A DNA stretch of 25,127 bases, from assembly GCA_016839785.1 (NCBI GenBank), contig JAEOTQ010000118.1, positions 1 through 25,127 on the forward strand, read 5' to 3'. Position 1 is the stretch's first letter; each line of letters opens with the position of its first letter. Below, one piece after another: positions 1-8,884 of this stretch. The notes under the pieces were generated by a model. It made no database searches. It saw only the letters and a list, made by a program, of their open reading frames with translations, and was not told the origin of the DNA. The translations under genes and the position numbers were made by a program. This DNA comes from Candidatus Hodarchaeota archaeon (GTDB taxonomy: Archaea; Asgardarchaeota; Heimdallarchaeia; Hodarchaeales; Hodarchaeaceae).

Positions 1-50
1 AAAACGGCACCTGTGATGAGGATCGTCTTATTTTCTAATAATTTTCCCAT
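1..50 (-). CDS. Short-chain dehydrogenase/reductase (FabG/PhaB-like), 5' end only; runs off the window
   Basis: Not in the ORF track. Manual translation from ATG at 50 gives MGKLLENKTILITGAV, the typical SDR N-terminus leading into the TGxxxGxG NAD(P)-binding motif. It lies directly downstream of the MaoC gene. Confidence 0.75.
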   Translation of the reverse strand, partial: MGKLLENKTILITGAV

Positions 51-75
51 TTATCTCTCTTGTAGTAATGAATTC

Positions 76-89
76 TATATTAACTTTCA
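76..89 (-). promoter_or_regulatory. Candidate archaeal BRE/TATA promoter for the SDR gene
   Basis: Minus strand reads TGAAAG-TTAATATA, ending 25 nt before the SDR ATG, the spacing expected for a leaderless or short-leader archaeal transcript. Confidence 0.45.
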
Positions 90-102
90 AATAGTCTTTT
101 TA

Positions 103-510
103 TCAATCAAGAAGCATAACTAAAGCTTCACCCATAACAACTAATTCCTCTTGTTGGTTGATACATGTTGTTTTCAGCGTAAGATGGTTTTTCTCATCAT
201 TTTTACTGATTACCTCCACCTGTGTAGTAATAGTATCTCCTATACGAACTGGTCTTTTAAAAACTACCTCTTGTTTAAGATAAATAGTTCCTGGACCAGG
301 AAGCTGACTAGCTAAAGTAGTAGAAATAAAAGAAACAGATAACATACCATGAGCAATTCTCCCTTTAAACATAGTAGTTTTAGCATAGTCTTCATCCATA
401 TGAACAGGATTTAAATCACCAGATACTTCAGCAAACAGTTGAATGTCTTTCTCAGTTATAGTTCGTACATATTCAGCTTTTTGGCCTTTAATAATTTCTT
501 TATATTTCAT
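103..510 (-). CDS. phaJ: MaoC-family (R)-specific enoyl-CoA hydratase/dehydratase (hotdog fold)
   Basis: Hydratase-2 motif FAEVSGDLNPVHMD (catalytic Asp/His), plus GRIAHGML and LPGPGTIY. Start moved from GTG 522 to ATG 510 because AGGAGTGA (SD) overlaps the GTG and sits a few nt upstream of the ATG. Confidence 0.9.
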   Translation of the reverse strand: MKYKEIIKGQKAEYVRTITEKDIQLFAEVSGDLNPVHMDEDYAKTTMFKGRIAHGMLSVSFISTTLASQLPGPGTIYLKQEVVFKRPVRIGDTITTQVEVISKNDEKNHLTLKTTCINQQEELVVMGEALVMLLD

Positions 511-525
511 AGTTCTTATCACTCC

Positions 526-1551
526 TTACTCTTTTCCCCATCGTATTACTCCAGCATTCCATGCCCAGCCGATCCCCGCAGCAGCGAACACCACGATATT
601 TCCACCCTTAATTATTCCTTGTTTTACACCACGATCAATGGAAATAACCATATCATTTTGTCCGTTGTGGCCAATATCATCTAGATAGACTGATTGAGTA
701 TCTGGGTTCACACCAATAGCATTAGCTACATGGTCAAAAGCAGATTTCTTCATGTGAAGAAGGGCTAAAAAGTCTATATCATCTCTAGAAAGGTCGGATT
801 GTTCCAAAGCGTCATCAATAACACGAACAAATGAATCCATTGAAAATTTATCAAGTCTTCCTTTTAATCCTTCAGGATCGGTCACATCAAGGTAATTCAA
901 TCCTTCTTCAATGGCTTTTGCAGAAATTGGAGTAACAGTGCCTCCAGCTGGGACATATACATCATCAGCGAACCGTGCATCTGATACAGCGGCAATACCT
1001 AAGATTTCATTCTCTTTAGTATCTCCTTTCACAATCATTGCTACCCCACTTGCGGCTAGACTAATCATAAATCGTGTCCGTGGATTTTTATAATTTATTA
1101 GATCAGAATTTCTGTACCCCGAAGCTACAAGTACACGTTTCATTTTCGGATATACCTGCATTAATGCTTTTGCTAGTAATAATCCAACGGGCATACTTCC
1201 ACAACGCTGATTGATATCAAAAGCCCATGGTTTTGTGGGACATCCAAGATATTTTTGAAGCTTAATGCCGTAGGTTTGCATTGGATACTCAGAGTAAACT
1301 TCTCCCGCCCAAATTATGCAGTCAATGTCATCAGGGGTCAGGTTAGCCTTTTTCAATGCCTTTTTTGCAGCTTCCGCTCCCATGAATACGGTATGATCCT
1401 CAGGACCAGGAACTGTTTTAGCTTTTAAGCCAAATTTTGTTTCAAGAACTTTCTGTGGGATACCAGTTTCATTTGCGATATGTTCACTTGTGTGACGTTT
1501 ATCTGGAAGATAAACGCCCCAACTTTCGATTCCTACAGGTCTATGATTCAT
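526..1551 (-). CDS. 3-oxoacyl-ACP synthase III (FabH)-like protein A, non-canonical Cys-His-His(+Asp) active site
   Basis: Thiolase/KAS III fold motifs: AFDINQRC(117)G, LLH(266)MK, IGH(295)NGQND(300) and C-terminal AAAGIGWAW. SD AGGTG upstream. Confidence 0.88.
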   Translation of the reverse strand: MNHRPVGIESWGVYLPDKRHTSEHIANETGIPQKVLETKFGLKAKTVPGPEDHTVFMGAEAAKKALKKANLTPDDIDCIIWAGEVYSEYPMQTYGIKLQKYLGCPTKPWAFDINQRCGSMPVGLLLAKALMQVYPKMKRVLVASGYRNSDLINYKNPRTRFMISLAASGVAMIVKGDTKENEILGIAAVSDARFADDVYVPAGGTVTPISAKAIEEGLNYLDVTDPEGLKGRLDKFSMDSFVRVIDDALEQSDLSRDDIDFLALLHMKKSAFDHVANAIGVNPDTQSVYLDDIGHNGQNDMVISIDRGVKQGIIKGGNIVVFAAAGIGWAWNAGVIRWGKE

Positions 1552-1565
1552 GAGGTTACACCTAT

Positions 1566-3137
1566 TTACTTTAGTTCACGCTTTAGGATCTTACCAGCTG
1601 CGCTCAGTGGTAATTTATCCATGATTTCGAATATTTTTGGCACCTTATACTTCGCAAGATTAGCCAGTAAGTAATCTCGAAGTTCTTCTTGGGTAACTAC
1701 TTGATTTGGTTTCAATGTTACAAATGCTTTTCCTACCTCTCCCCATTTTTTGTCGGGAATCCCAATAACTGCAGCTAAAGCAATAGCTTTATGTTTATAC
1801 AGTATTTCTTCGATTTCTACTGGAAAGATATTTTCTCCGCCAGAAATATACATTTCTTTTGATCTTCCAACGATGTAGTAAAACCCTTCCTCATCTTGTC
1901 GTACAAGATCCCCTGTATGCATATACCCATCTGGCTTAAGCGTTTTATTCGTTTCTTCAGGCTCATCCCAGTAACCAGAAAATACATGGGGCCCCTTGAT
2001 TAATAGTTCTCCCACATCTCCCTGTTTAACCACCTCTCCTGTTTCTGGATGAACAGTTTTCAGGTCATTATGGAAAACAGGAAATCCCACCGAAAGGGGT
2101 TTCTCTTTGATTCTCTCATCTGGGAGGAAGAAATTGTTCGGGCCAGCTTCCGTTAGTCCATACCCCATCTTCATAAGTTTTCCCTTAGCCCAAAATCTTT
2201 TCATTATTTCTTCAGGGCAAGTAGCCCCACCAGAAATGAAAATTTTAACTGAATCGAACGTAGCATTAGTGAATTTTTCCGACATTGACATCATATGAAA
2301 TATCGTTGGTACCCCAACTACTATTGTACAATTTTCGTCCTCAATGACTCGGATAGTTTCATCAGGGTCAAAATCTCCCATTAAAATAGTCTTAGCACCT
2401 TGATGAAAGCAGGGAACTAATAAGACATTCCATCCACCAGTATGAAAAAGTGGAAACAGAAGAATTTCCACTTCATCAGGTTGAAGATTCCATGTAAGAA
2501 TAGTGTTAATAGAATTCCAGAAGATTAATCGATGCGATAGAACTGCTCCCTTAGGTAAACCAGTTGTACCACCCGTAAATAGTATCAAATGTGGATCTTC
2601 AAAGTGAATGGGTGGACGTAGAACGTTAGAATCATTTTTTTTAGCCATCAAATTCCGAGAGGCTAAATCATCGTCTAGCTTCTGATCTCCCATTACTATA
2701 TAATTCTTGACGGAAATGATTCCTTTTAATTCAATAATTTTTCCCTTAAGCTCAGGATCGTAAAATAACACTGATGGTTGGGTTTTTTCAACCAGATATT
2801 TGGTTTCTTGATTAGCTAATCGGATGTTAAGGGGAACAAGAATTGCTCCAATCTTACCTGTAGCAAAAAATAAATCTATATAATCTAGACGATTTTTAGA
2901 ATAAACTGCAACTCTTGTACCTTTCTTAACACCCAAATCACCCAGAACTCTGGCTAATTGATTCGCCCGAGAATTCATTTGAGCAAAAGTATAGTGTTTT
3001 TTCTCAATATTATCAATTATTGCTTCTTTATTAGGTGTTAATTGAGCTCTTCGTCCAACGTAATCTCCAATCCAGGACCAATCTTGATGATTTGCAGGGA
3101 TTAGGTAATCAGAATTCATGTTCAAATCAATCCTCAT
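1566..3137 (-). CDS. AMP-dependent acyl-CoA synthetase (ANL superfamily, MenE/FadD-like)
   Basis: FTGGTTGLPKG, FHTGG, GYGLTE, HTGD, GRSKEMYISGGENI and GKILK motifs. ATGA overlap with the upstream gene; an alternative start at ATG 3119 is preceded by GAGGA. Confidence 0.93.
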   Translation of the reverse strand: MRIDLNMNSDYLIPANHQDWSWIGDYVGRRAQLTPNKEAIIDNIEKKHYTFAQMNSRANQLARVLGDLGVKKGTRVAVYSKNRLDYIDLFFATGKIGAILVPLNIRLANQETKYLVEKTQPSVLFYDPELKGKIIELKGIISVKNYIVMGDQKLDDDLASRNLMAKKNDSNVLRPPIHFEDPHLILFTGGTTGLPKGAVLSHRLIFWNSINTILTWNLQPDEVEILLFPLFHTGGWNVLLVPCFHQGAKTILMGDFDPDETIRVIEDENCTIVVGVPTIFHMMSMSEKFTNATFDSVKIFISGGATCPEEIMKRFWAKGKLMKMGYGLTEAGPNNFFLPDERIKEKPLSVGFPVFHNDLKTVHPETGEVVKQGDVGELLIKGPHVFSGYWDEPEETNKTLKPDGYMHTGDLVRQDEEGFYYIVGRSKEMYISGGENIFPVEIEEILYKHKAIALAAVIGIPDKKWGEVGKAFVTLKPNQVVTQEELRDYLLANLAKYKVPKIFEIMDKLPLSAAGKILKRELK

Positions 3138-3928
3138 GTTATCAACTTATCTAAGAAACCAAGAACTATAGAATTAAACTCGTGAGGTTTTTCCCACGTC
3201 ACAACATGACCAGTTTCAGGAATAATGTGCAATTCAGAATTTGGGATCATCTCATGCATCGTCATAGAATAAGGATAAGGTGGTTTAATGAGATCTTGTT
3301 CACCTCCAATGATACACGTAGGAACTCGAATCTCTGATAATTGATCTGTTATATTTAAATCTAGAAAAGCATCCATTAACCTGACAAATGCTGGATAATC
3401 AAACTGTGAATACCGTTCCTTTGATTGTTCAAGTAATGCTTCATTCTTCTCAATATAACTTTCACTGAAATTAAAAGGTACGGTTGCATAGAAGAACATC
3501 AATGGGTCCGCTTGAACGCAGGCGCCTCGCCAAAGCTGACTAACTTGTTTTAAGTACGCACCGATATGAGTGACACCACTACATACTGTTAAACTCTTCA
3601 CACGTTCTGGATACTTCAAAGTGAACACTAGGCCCAGTTCAGACCCATAGGAGATACCAATATGATGTACTTGATCAATACCTAGAGCATCAAGAAGCTC
3701 TTTCTGATCTTGGGCGTGTAAATCAAATGAATACTTACCTTCAGGATGATCACTTTGGCCTTGTCCTCTCATATCATAGAGAATGACCTTATATCTTTTC
3801 GAAAAAACAGGGGTTTGATTAAACCAACTAAGAGTATTAGCAAAAACACCGTTAGCAAAAATAAGGGGTTCCCCTTCTCCATGCATTTCATAATAGATAT
3901 TGATTCCATTTACTTTCATCTGAGGCAT
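3134..3928 (-). CDS. Alpha/beta-fold serine hydrolase (enol-lactonase/esterase-like)
   Basis: Oxyanion ANGV, YDMRGQG, nucleophile elbow GISYG, GGEQD acid and GH catalytic His. TAATG overlap with the upstream ligase and SD GGTGA. Confidence 0.9.
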   Translation of the reverse strand: MPQMKVNGINIYYEMHGEGEPLIFANGVFANTLSWFNQTPVFSKRYKVILYDMRGQGQSDHPEGKYSFDLHAQDQKELLDALGIDQVHHIGISYGSELGLVFTLKYPERVKSLTVCSGVTHIGAYLKQVSQLWRGACVQADPLMFFYATVPFNFSESYIEKNEALLEQSKERYSQFDYPAFVRLMDAFLDLNITDQLSEIRVPTCIIGGEQDLIKPPYPYSMTMHEMIPNSELHIIPETGHVVTWEKPHEFNSIVLGFLDKLIT

Positions 3929-5496
3929 TATTCAGTCACCTTATCCCCGTAATCTTTTAGTAAGCGACGTTTTAGAATTTTACCTGCTCCTGAAATATAA
4001 GGAGCAAAACTCTCAATAAAAACCACTGATTTGGGAAGTTTAAACTTCGCTAATTTTCCTCGACAATATTCAAGCATCTCCTTTTCAGTCGAAAAAACAT
4101 CAGGTCGAAGCACAATAATTGCTCTTCCTGTCTCACCCCATCGATCATGAGGAACACCGATCACCTGAACTTGTACAACCTTGGAATGCTCTTCATAGAT
4201 TCTTTCAATTTCACGAGGATACACATTTTCTCCTCCTGAGATGAACATATCTTTTGTACGATCTAAAACATAGAAATATCCTTCTGAATCATAACGAACG
4301 ATATCGCCAGTAGCAAAAAACCCCTCAGTGTCTAATAATTGTGCATTAAGATTGGGTCGATTCCAGTAACCAGCCGTGACAGAAGGACCTTTAAACATCA
4401 ACTCTCCTGGTTCTTCAGGGCCGCATTCCTTGCCACTTTCGGGATTTACCACTTTTACATCAATGAAAAAATTGGGAGTGCCTATACTACCCTTTTTACG
4501 TTCTGCATCCCATGGATCAAGAGCAAAGCACCCTGGACCGACTTCCGTCATACCGAATCCTTGTTTAAATTTAACTCCGTGGATTTTCTGGAAGGTTTGA
4601 ATGATGTCCATGGGAAGAGGTTCCCCTCCTGACGTTAAAAAGCGAACACTACTGAAATCAGTTGTATCAAAATTCGGATTATTCATCATCATTCGATGTT
4701 GTGTAGGGACAGCGAAGAAGAAATCAGGTTTTTCACTTGTAATTAGTTGTAATACTTTTTCTGTATCCCATGTTTTCATTTGAATAATTTTTCCACCTAA
4801 GATAAAGAGAGGTACAGCATAAACGTAAATTCCTGCAACATGGAACATTGGTAGATGGTTGATATAGGTTGGAGGTACTCCATTTGTAGTAGCTGGGATA
4901 ATATCACGGGTTGTATTTAAGGTATTAAATGCTACATGGTTATAGGTCAAAAGAGCTCCTTTTGGTAATCCTGTTGTACCTCCTGTAAAAACAATGCCCA
5001 TGGGATCCTCATAAGTGAGATTCACCTTCGGAGGGGAGTGTTCGGAGGATTTATTGACTAATTCCTGGTATTTGATCGATCCTTGAAGATCTGAGGATTC
5101 AGAGTCCATGTTTAACCAGTGATCGACTTGTACAAGTTTCTGAATTTCCACACATGTTTCAGTAAACTCCTTTCCAAAAGCTACGATCTTTGGAGATAAA
5201 TCCTTTATCATTTCCGCTAGCTCACGAGCAACAAGTCGCCAATTTAATCCCGCAAGGATACCTCCGCGTTTTTGACAACCAAAAAAGAGTTCCCAATACT
5301 CAATTGTATTATGACTGATAACACACAATCTGTCCCCTTTTTGAAAGTCAAGCGACACAAGAGCATTAGCTACTTTATTAGCCCTTTGATTAAATTCTCG
5401 GTAAGTATAACGGTTTCCACTATCGATGTCTACAAGAGCTTCTACATCAGGGGAATATATTACACGTTTGGATAAATAATCAAATTGATTTACCAT
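3928..5496 (-). CDS. AMP-dependent acyl-CoA synthetase (ANL superfamily), second paralog
   Basis: FTGGTTGLPKG, PMFHVAG, GFGMTE, ATGD, DRTKDMFISGGENV and GKILKR motifs. Confidence 0.93.
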   Translation of the reverse strand: MVNQFDYLSKRVIYSPDVEALVDIDSGNRYTYREFNQRANKVANALVSLDFQKGDRLCVISHNTIEYWELFFGCQKRGGILAGLNWRLVARELAEMIKDLSPKIVAFGKEFTETCVEIQKLVQVDHWLNMDSESSDLQGSIKYQELVNKSSEHSPPKVNLTYEDPMGIVFTGGTTGLPKGALLTYNHVAFNTLNTTRDIIPATTNGVPPTYINHLPMFHVAGIYVYAVPLFILGGKIIQMKTWDTEKVLQLITSEKPDFFFAVPTQHRMMMNNPNFDTTDFSSVRFLTSGGEPLPMDIIQTFQKIHGVKFKQGFGMTEVGPGCFALDPWDAERKKGSIGTPNFFIDVKVVNPESGKECGPEEPGELMFKGPSVTAGYWNRPNLNAQLLDTEGFFATGDIVRYDSEGYFYVLDRTKDMFISGGENVYPREIERIYEEHSKVVQVQVIGVPHDRWGETGRAIIVLRPDVFSTEKEMLEYCRGKLAKFKLPKSVVFIESFAPYISGAGKILKRRLLKDYGDKVTE

Positions 5497-5499
5497 AAA

Positions 5500-6504
5500 T
5501 TACCACCATTGTAACACTGCTGCAGAAAAATTTGCTCCCCCCCCAGATGTACATAGAGCAATGATCTCCCCATTCCCTTGACCTGGAGGGGGAAGTTTAC
5601 CTTTTGCTATTGCATCATAGATCACTAAAGGGACACATGCAGACCCTGTATAACCCCATTTATGCATTACGGTGTGTGTTTTTTCGATTGGTGCTCCTAG
5701 GGAGTCCATTACTGCTTTTATTGTAGATTTGTTAACTTGTGTAAAAAAGAACCAATCACAATCATCAGGAATTAGATTTACTTTCTCTAAGGCCTGTCTG
5801 GTGACAATAGGCCAGTTATTGACATTCGTTTCTGGAGGAAATCGTTTCCTAAACTCTACAAACTGTTTACCACAATTTTGATCCTTACATGGTTCTGCTG
5901 TTCCTCCAACGAATATTCCAAGATGATCATAGTAGCTGCCATCCGCATTAAGTTGGGAACTCAAAAATCCCTTCTTATTTTCGCTTGCAGAAAGAATTAT
6001 TGCCCCAGCTCCATCGGAGAATAATGTGCAAGTATAGTGGTTTGACCAATCCACAAATTTTGTCATTCCATAAGCACCAATAACCATTACATGTCTAATG
6101 GAAGTATCTGTCTGAATATAACGAGCCCCAATATCTAATGCAGTAACTAGACCTGCACAAGCAGCATTTACATCAAAAGTTCCAGCATTGATTGCACCGA
6201 TTTTGTGAGCAATAGCTACTGATGTTGCGGGAGAAAGAAAATCAGGAGTATCTGTGCTAAGGATAAGTATATCGATGTCTTCAGCAATTAAACCTGCTTT
6301 TTCTAAGGCTTCTTTACCTGCTTTTGTCGCCAAATCAGAAGTATTTTCTTCATCCGCCATAAGTCGACGTTGCTTAATACCTACGTTCTTAACAAGCCAG
6401 TCTGCTGTGCCGGGACGATTTAAAGATTTCTCTAGTTCTTCATTGGTGACAATCTTGTCAGGAACATACATCCCTATACCTGTTATTATTGCAGATCGAC
6501 TCAT
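5500..6504 (-). CDS. 3-oxoacyl-ACP synthase III (FabH)-like protein B, Cys retained but His and Asn replaced
   Basis: FabH-like N-terminus (AIITGIGMYVPDKIVTN, GIKQRR), FDVNAAC(116)AG and LFSDGAGA. HQAN appears as TQVN (Thr255) and GNTS as GYTG (Tyr285). Confidence 0.88.
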   Translation of the reverse strand: MSRSAIITGIGMYVPDKIVTNEELEKSLNRPGTADWLVKNVGIKQRRLMADEENTSDLATKAGKEALEKAGLIAEDIDILILSTDTPDFLSPATSVAIAHKIGAINAGTFDVNAACAGLVTALDIGARYIQTDTSIRHVMVIGAYGMTKFVDWSNHYTCTLFSDGAGAIILSASENKKGFLSSQLNADGSYYDHLGIFVGGTAEPCKDQNCGKQFVEFRKRFPPETNVNNWPIVTRQALEKVNLIPDDCDWFFFTQVNKSTIKAVMDSLGAPIEKTHTVMHKWGYTGSACVPLVIYDAIAKGKLPPPGQGNGEIIALCTSGGGANFSAAVLQWW

Positions 6505-6513
6505 ATCATCATC

Positions 6514-7365
6514 CTAAATTAATTTTATTTCTGATCTTGGTGTCCAAGTTTTTCTATCTACCGCTTCGAGAAAATCCAGTACAATACGATTGAAGTCTTC
6601 AGCTCGTTCGACTTCTATCCGATGTGGGGCACTTTTAAAATGAACAAGTTCAGAATTTGGAATTCGTTCATGTAACATCAGAGAATTCTTTGGGGGGACA
6701 ATTAAATCATTTTCTCCGTGCATAATCAAAGTGGGAGCGGAGATATTTTTGATTTCGGACTCAATGTCGATCGTCAAACCAATATTCGCCTGATTATTAC
6801 GAGCAATTTCAGGTTGAGGATTTTCTTCGATCCAACGGTCCATTGTACGGATAAGATCTGGATTGTTCGCTAAAAAATCAGACGACCAAGCCACACTTCT
6901 ACGGATCGCAATAGCTTCTTCTTTTGAAATGGTTTCTGTTGGATGTGCAAAAATAGCGGACATGACTTTTCCACTGGCAGGGATAGCCTGATTGCCCCCG
7001 AAATTAGTCATACCTATTGTTAAACTTAATATTCTCTCTGGATGGGAGATTGCGAACTTTTGGGCGATGAATCCACCCATGGACATACCATAAATATGTG
7101 CTTTGTCTATTCCAAGCTCATCCATCAAAGATTTTGTATCATCTACAAGTAATTCAACGGTGTATGGATTATTGGGTTTCGATGTTCTTCCTACGCCGCG
7201 GTTATCAAAAATAAGGATCCTGTATTTCTGACTAAAAGCTGGGAGTTGTTTAAACCAAGTCCATAGGGCTTGACCCCATCCTTCAATCAAAACAAGTGGA
7301 GTTCCTTCACTTGGTCCATGAAACTCATAATAAACATTAATATCATTAATTTCTACATATGGCAT
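6514..7365 (-). CDS. Alpha/beta-fold serine hydrolase, second paralog
   Basis: IEGWG, FDNRGVG, GMSMGG nucleophile elbow, HGEND and APH. ATG 7365 is preceded by GGAGAG (TTG 7368 is an alternative start). Confidence 0.9.
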   Translation of the reverse strand: MPYVEINDINVYYEFHGPSEGTPLVLIEGWGQALWTWFKQLPAFSQKYRILIFDNRGVGRTSKPNNPYTVELLVDDTKSLMDELGIDKAHIYGMSMGGFIAQKFAISHPERILSLTIGMTNFGGNQAIPASGKVMSAIFAHPTETISKEEAIAIRRSVAWSSDFLANNPDLIRTMDRWIEENPQPEIARNNQANIGLTIDIESEIKNISAPTLIMHGENDLIVPPKNSLMLHERIPNSELVHFKSAPHRIEVERAEDFNRIVLDFLEAVDRKTWTPRSEIKLI

Positions 7366-7377
7366 CAATTATCTCTC

Positions 7378-8868
7378 CTATGGAAAAAGGCTAAAAATTT
7401 GCTCAAAAATTTCGACTATTCGCTTCATTATGTTTTCAAGATCTAACATAAGTGCAAGTATCAAAACTAATGATATTAGAGTTAACCACCAATAATCTGT
7501 TTCTCTTATATTAAACCAGCCTTCCCTTATACGTGTCTTTAATGATCTTGATCGAAGCTGTAATGATCCAACAATGCCGTAAGGGAAGAAGAGAATGATA
7601 AAAATGTAAATAATTCCCAAAAAGACTAACCACCATTGTCCATCAATAGAAAAAGTCCAGAGAAATCTCACCATCCTCCATTCTGAGAATTCGATTAATA
7701 CAGCACCTACAAAAGGCCCTAAAAGAGTACCTAATCCTCCTAAAATGGTGTAAAGCATTGCATTAATTGCTTGACCTATTCCGAAGGTTTCTGGTGTGCT
7801 AACGTTGATGTTATTAACTGTATAGAGCGAACCAGCTAAAGCACCAATGCCACCCGAAATGGTAACGGATAATATCTTATAATAAAAGGTGTTATATCCA
7901 AGAGCTTTAACTCTATCCTCATTTTGAGCGATAGCGGAAAGAACTCTACCAAAAGGAGAAATAGTAAGCCTTTTTACAAAAATATAGACAGCTAGAACTG
8001 ATGTTAAAATCAGCCAATATAAAATCGGAATTTTAAACCAAATGTCAGTAGCAAATAGGTACATGTCAAGAATATTAGGTACAACAAGTATAAGGAGTAA
8101 AATGAACACAGCTACACCTATAATCCAAGAAGTAGTTACTCTTGTGGAAGAAATCCTTTCTTTTTCAGAATAGGAAAATGCAGATCTACGAGGTCTAAAA
8201 TTCAAGAAGAGAAAAGCGAATCTTTCTCTAGTATCCTTTACAACCAAAATGACAAATAGGGAGAGAATAAATATTACAAAGAGAACCATTAACATATAAA
8301 CAATCCAATTTGTAAGTAAAAAAGGCCTTGTAACACTCAAACCTGATTCTCCGCCTGATATAGCCAAATTTTCTTTTAGCTCCATAAATTCTAAAACAAG
8401 CATCGCAATTGCTAAAGCAATAAAAGCGAATGCAGTTCCCTTCATTCTATTTGTTGTTGCTCCCATAACAATACCAACCACCATTCCAGCAAAAATAGCA
8501 GCTACTAATGTTAAGGGAAAAGGTATTAGATTTAATATGTCACCAAGAGGGGAGGGTAAAATTGGGTCTAAACACCAAACAGTAACATAAGCTCCTATTC
8601 CGAAAAATGCTGCTTGTCCAAAGTTCAATAATCCAGTGCGACCAAGTTGCAAATCAAAAGAAAGCGCAAATATCCCTGCGATCATGAATCCTGATAGAAG
8701 ATTGATAAAACCGCGAAGAGGAGATAGCTCTGAATTTGTCAGCAAAGGTAGTAGGTATAGGACTGTTATAACCGATATACTCACCTGATTAGCCGAGATC
8801 AGATCCGATATCTTAGTGATAATGGATTGCTTTTGTTTATTTTTATTAGAATTTGTATGTGTAACCAT
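7378..8868 (-). CDS. livM: LIV/HAAT-family ABC importer permease (LivM-like), enlarged
   Basis: GLLNFGQAAFFGIGAY, GGESGL, SPFGRVLSAIAQNE and ILGGLGTLLGPFVGA motifs; many TM segments; SD GAGGAG. Confidence 0.88.
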   Translation of the reverse strand: MVTHTNSNKNKQKQSIITKISDLISANQVSISVITVLYLLPLLTNSELSPLRGFINLLSGFMIAGIFALSFDLQLGRTGLLNFGQAAFFGIGAYVTVWCLDPILPSPLGDILNLIPFPLTLVAAIFAGMVVGIVMGATTNRMKGTAFAFIALAIAMLVLEFMELKENLAISGGESGLSVTRPFLLTNWIVYMLMVLFVIFILSLFVILVVKDTRERFAFLFLNFRPRRSAFSYSEKERISSTRVTTSWIIGVAVFILLLILVVPNILDMYLFATDIWFKIPILYWLILTSVLAVYIFVKRLTISPFGRVLSAIAQNEDRVKALGYNTFYYKILSVTISGGIGALAGSLYTVNNINVSTPETFGIGQAINAMLYTILGGLGTLLGPFVGAVLIEFSEWRMVRFLWTFSIDGQWWLVFLGIIYIFIILFFPYGIVGSLQLRSRSLKTRIREGWFNIRETDYWWLTLISLVLILALMLDLENIMKRIVEIFEQIFSLFP

Positions 8869-8884
8869 CTTGATTATCTCCTCG

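Noticed and set aside
439-6517. Short plus-strand ORFs (439-684, 443-688, 911-1093, 1480-1674, 2107-2298, 3746-3952, 4339-4783, 5272-5475, 5672-5881, 6254-6517)
   Set aside because: They are antisense shadows of well-supported minus-strand genes, with no motifs of their own.
1-7365. OleABCD olefin/beta-lactone biosynthesis cluster
   Set aside because: The parts list is superficially similar, but both hydrolases have Ser nucleophiles (GxSxG) whereas OleB uses Asp, and neither FabH-like protein has OleA's Cys-His-Asn.
1-7365. Canonical type II fatty-acid synthase, PKS or menaquinone (menE/menH) operon
   Set aside because: There is no ACP, FabD, FabF or menB/C/D/F in the window, and the FabH active sites are non-canonical.
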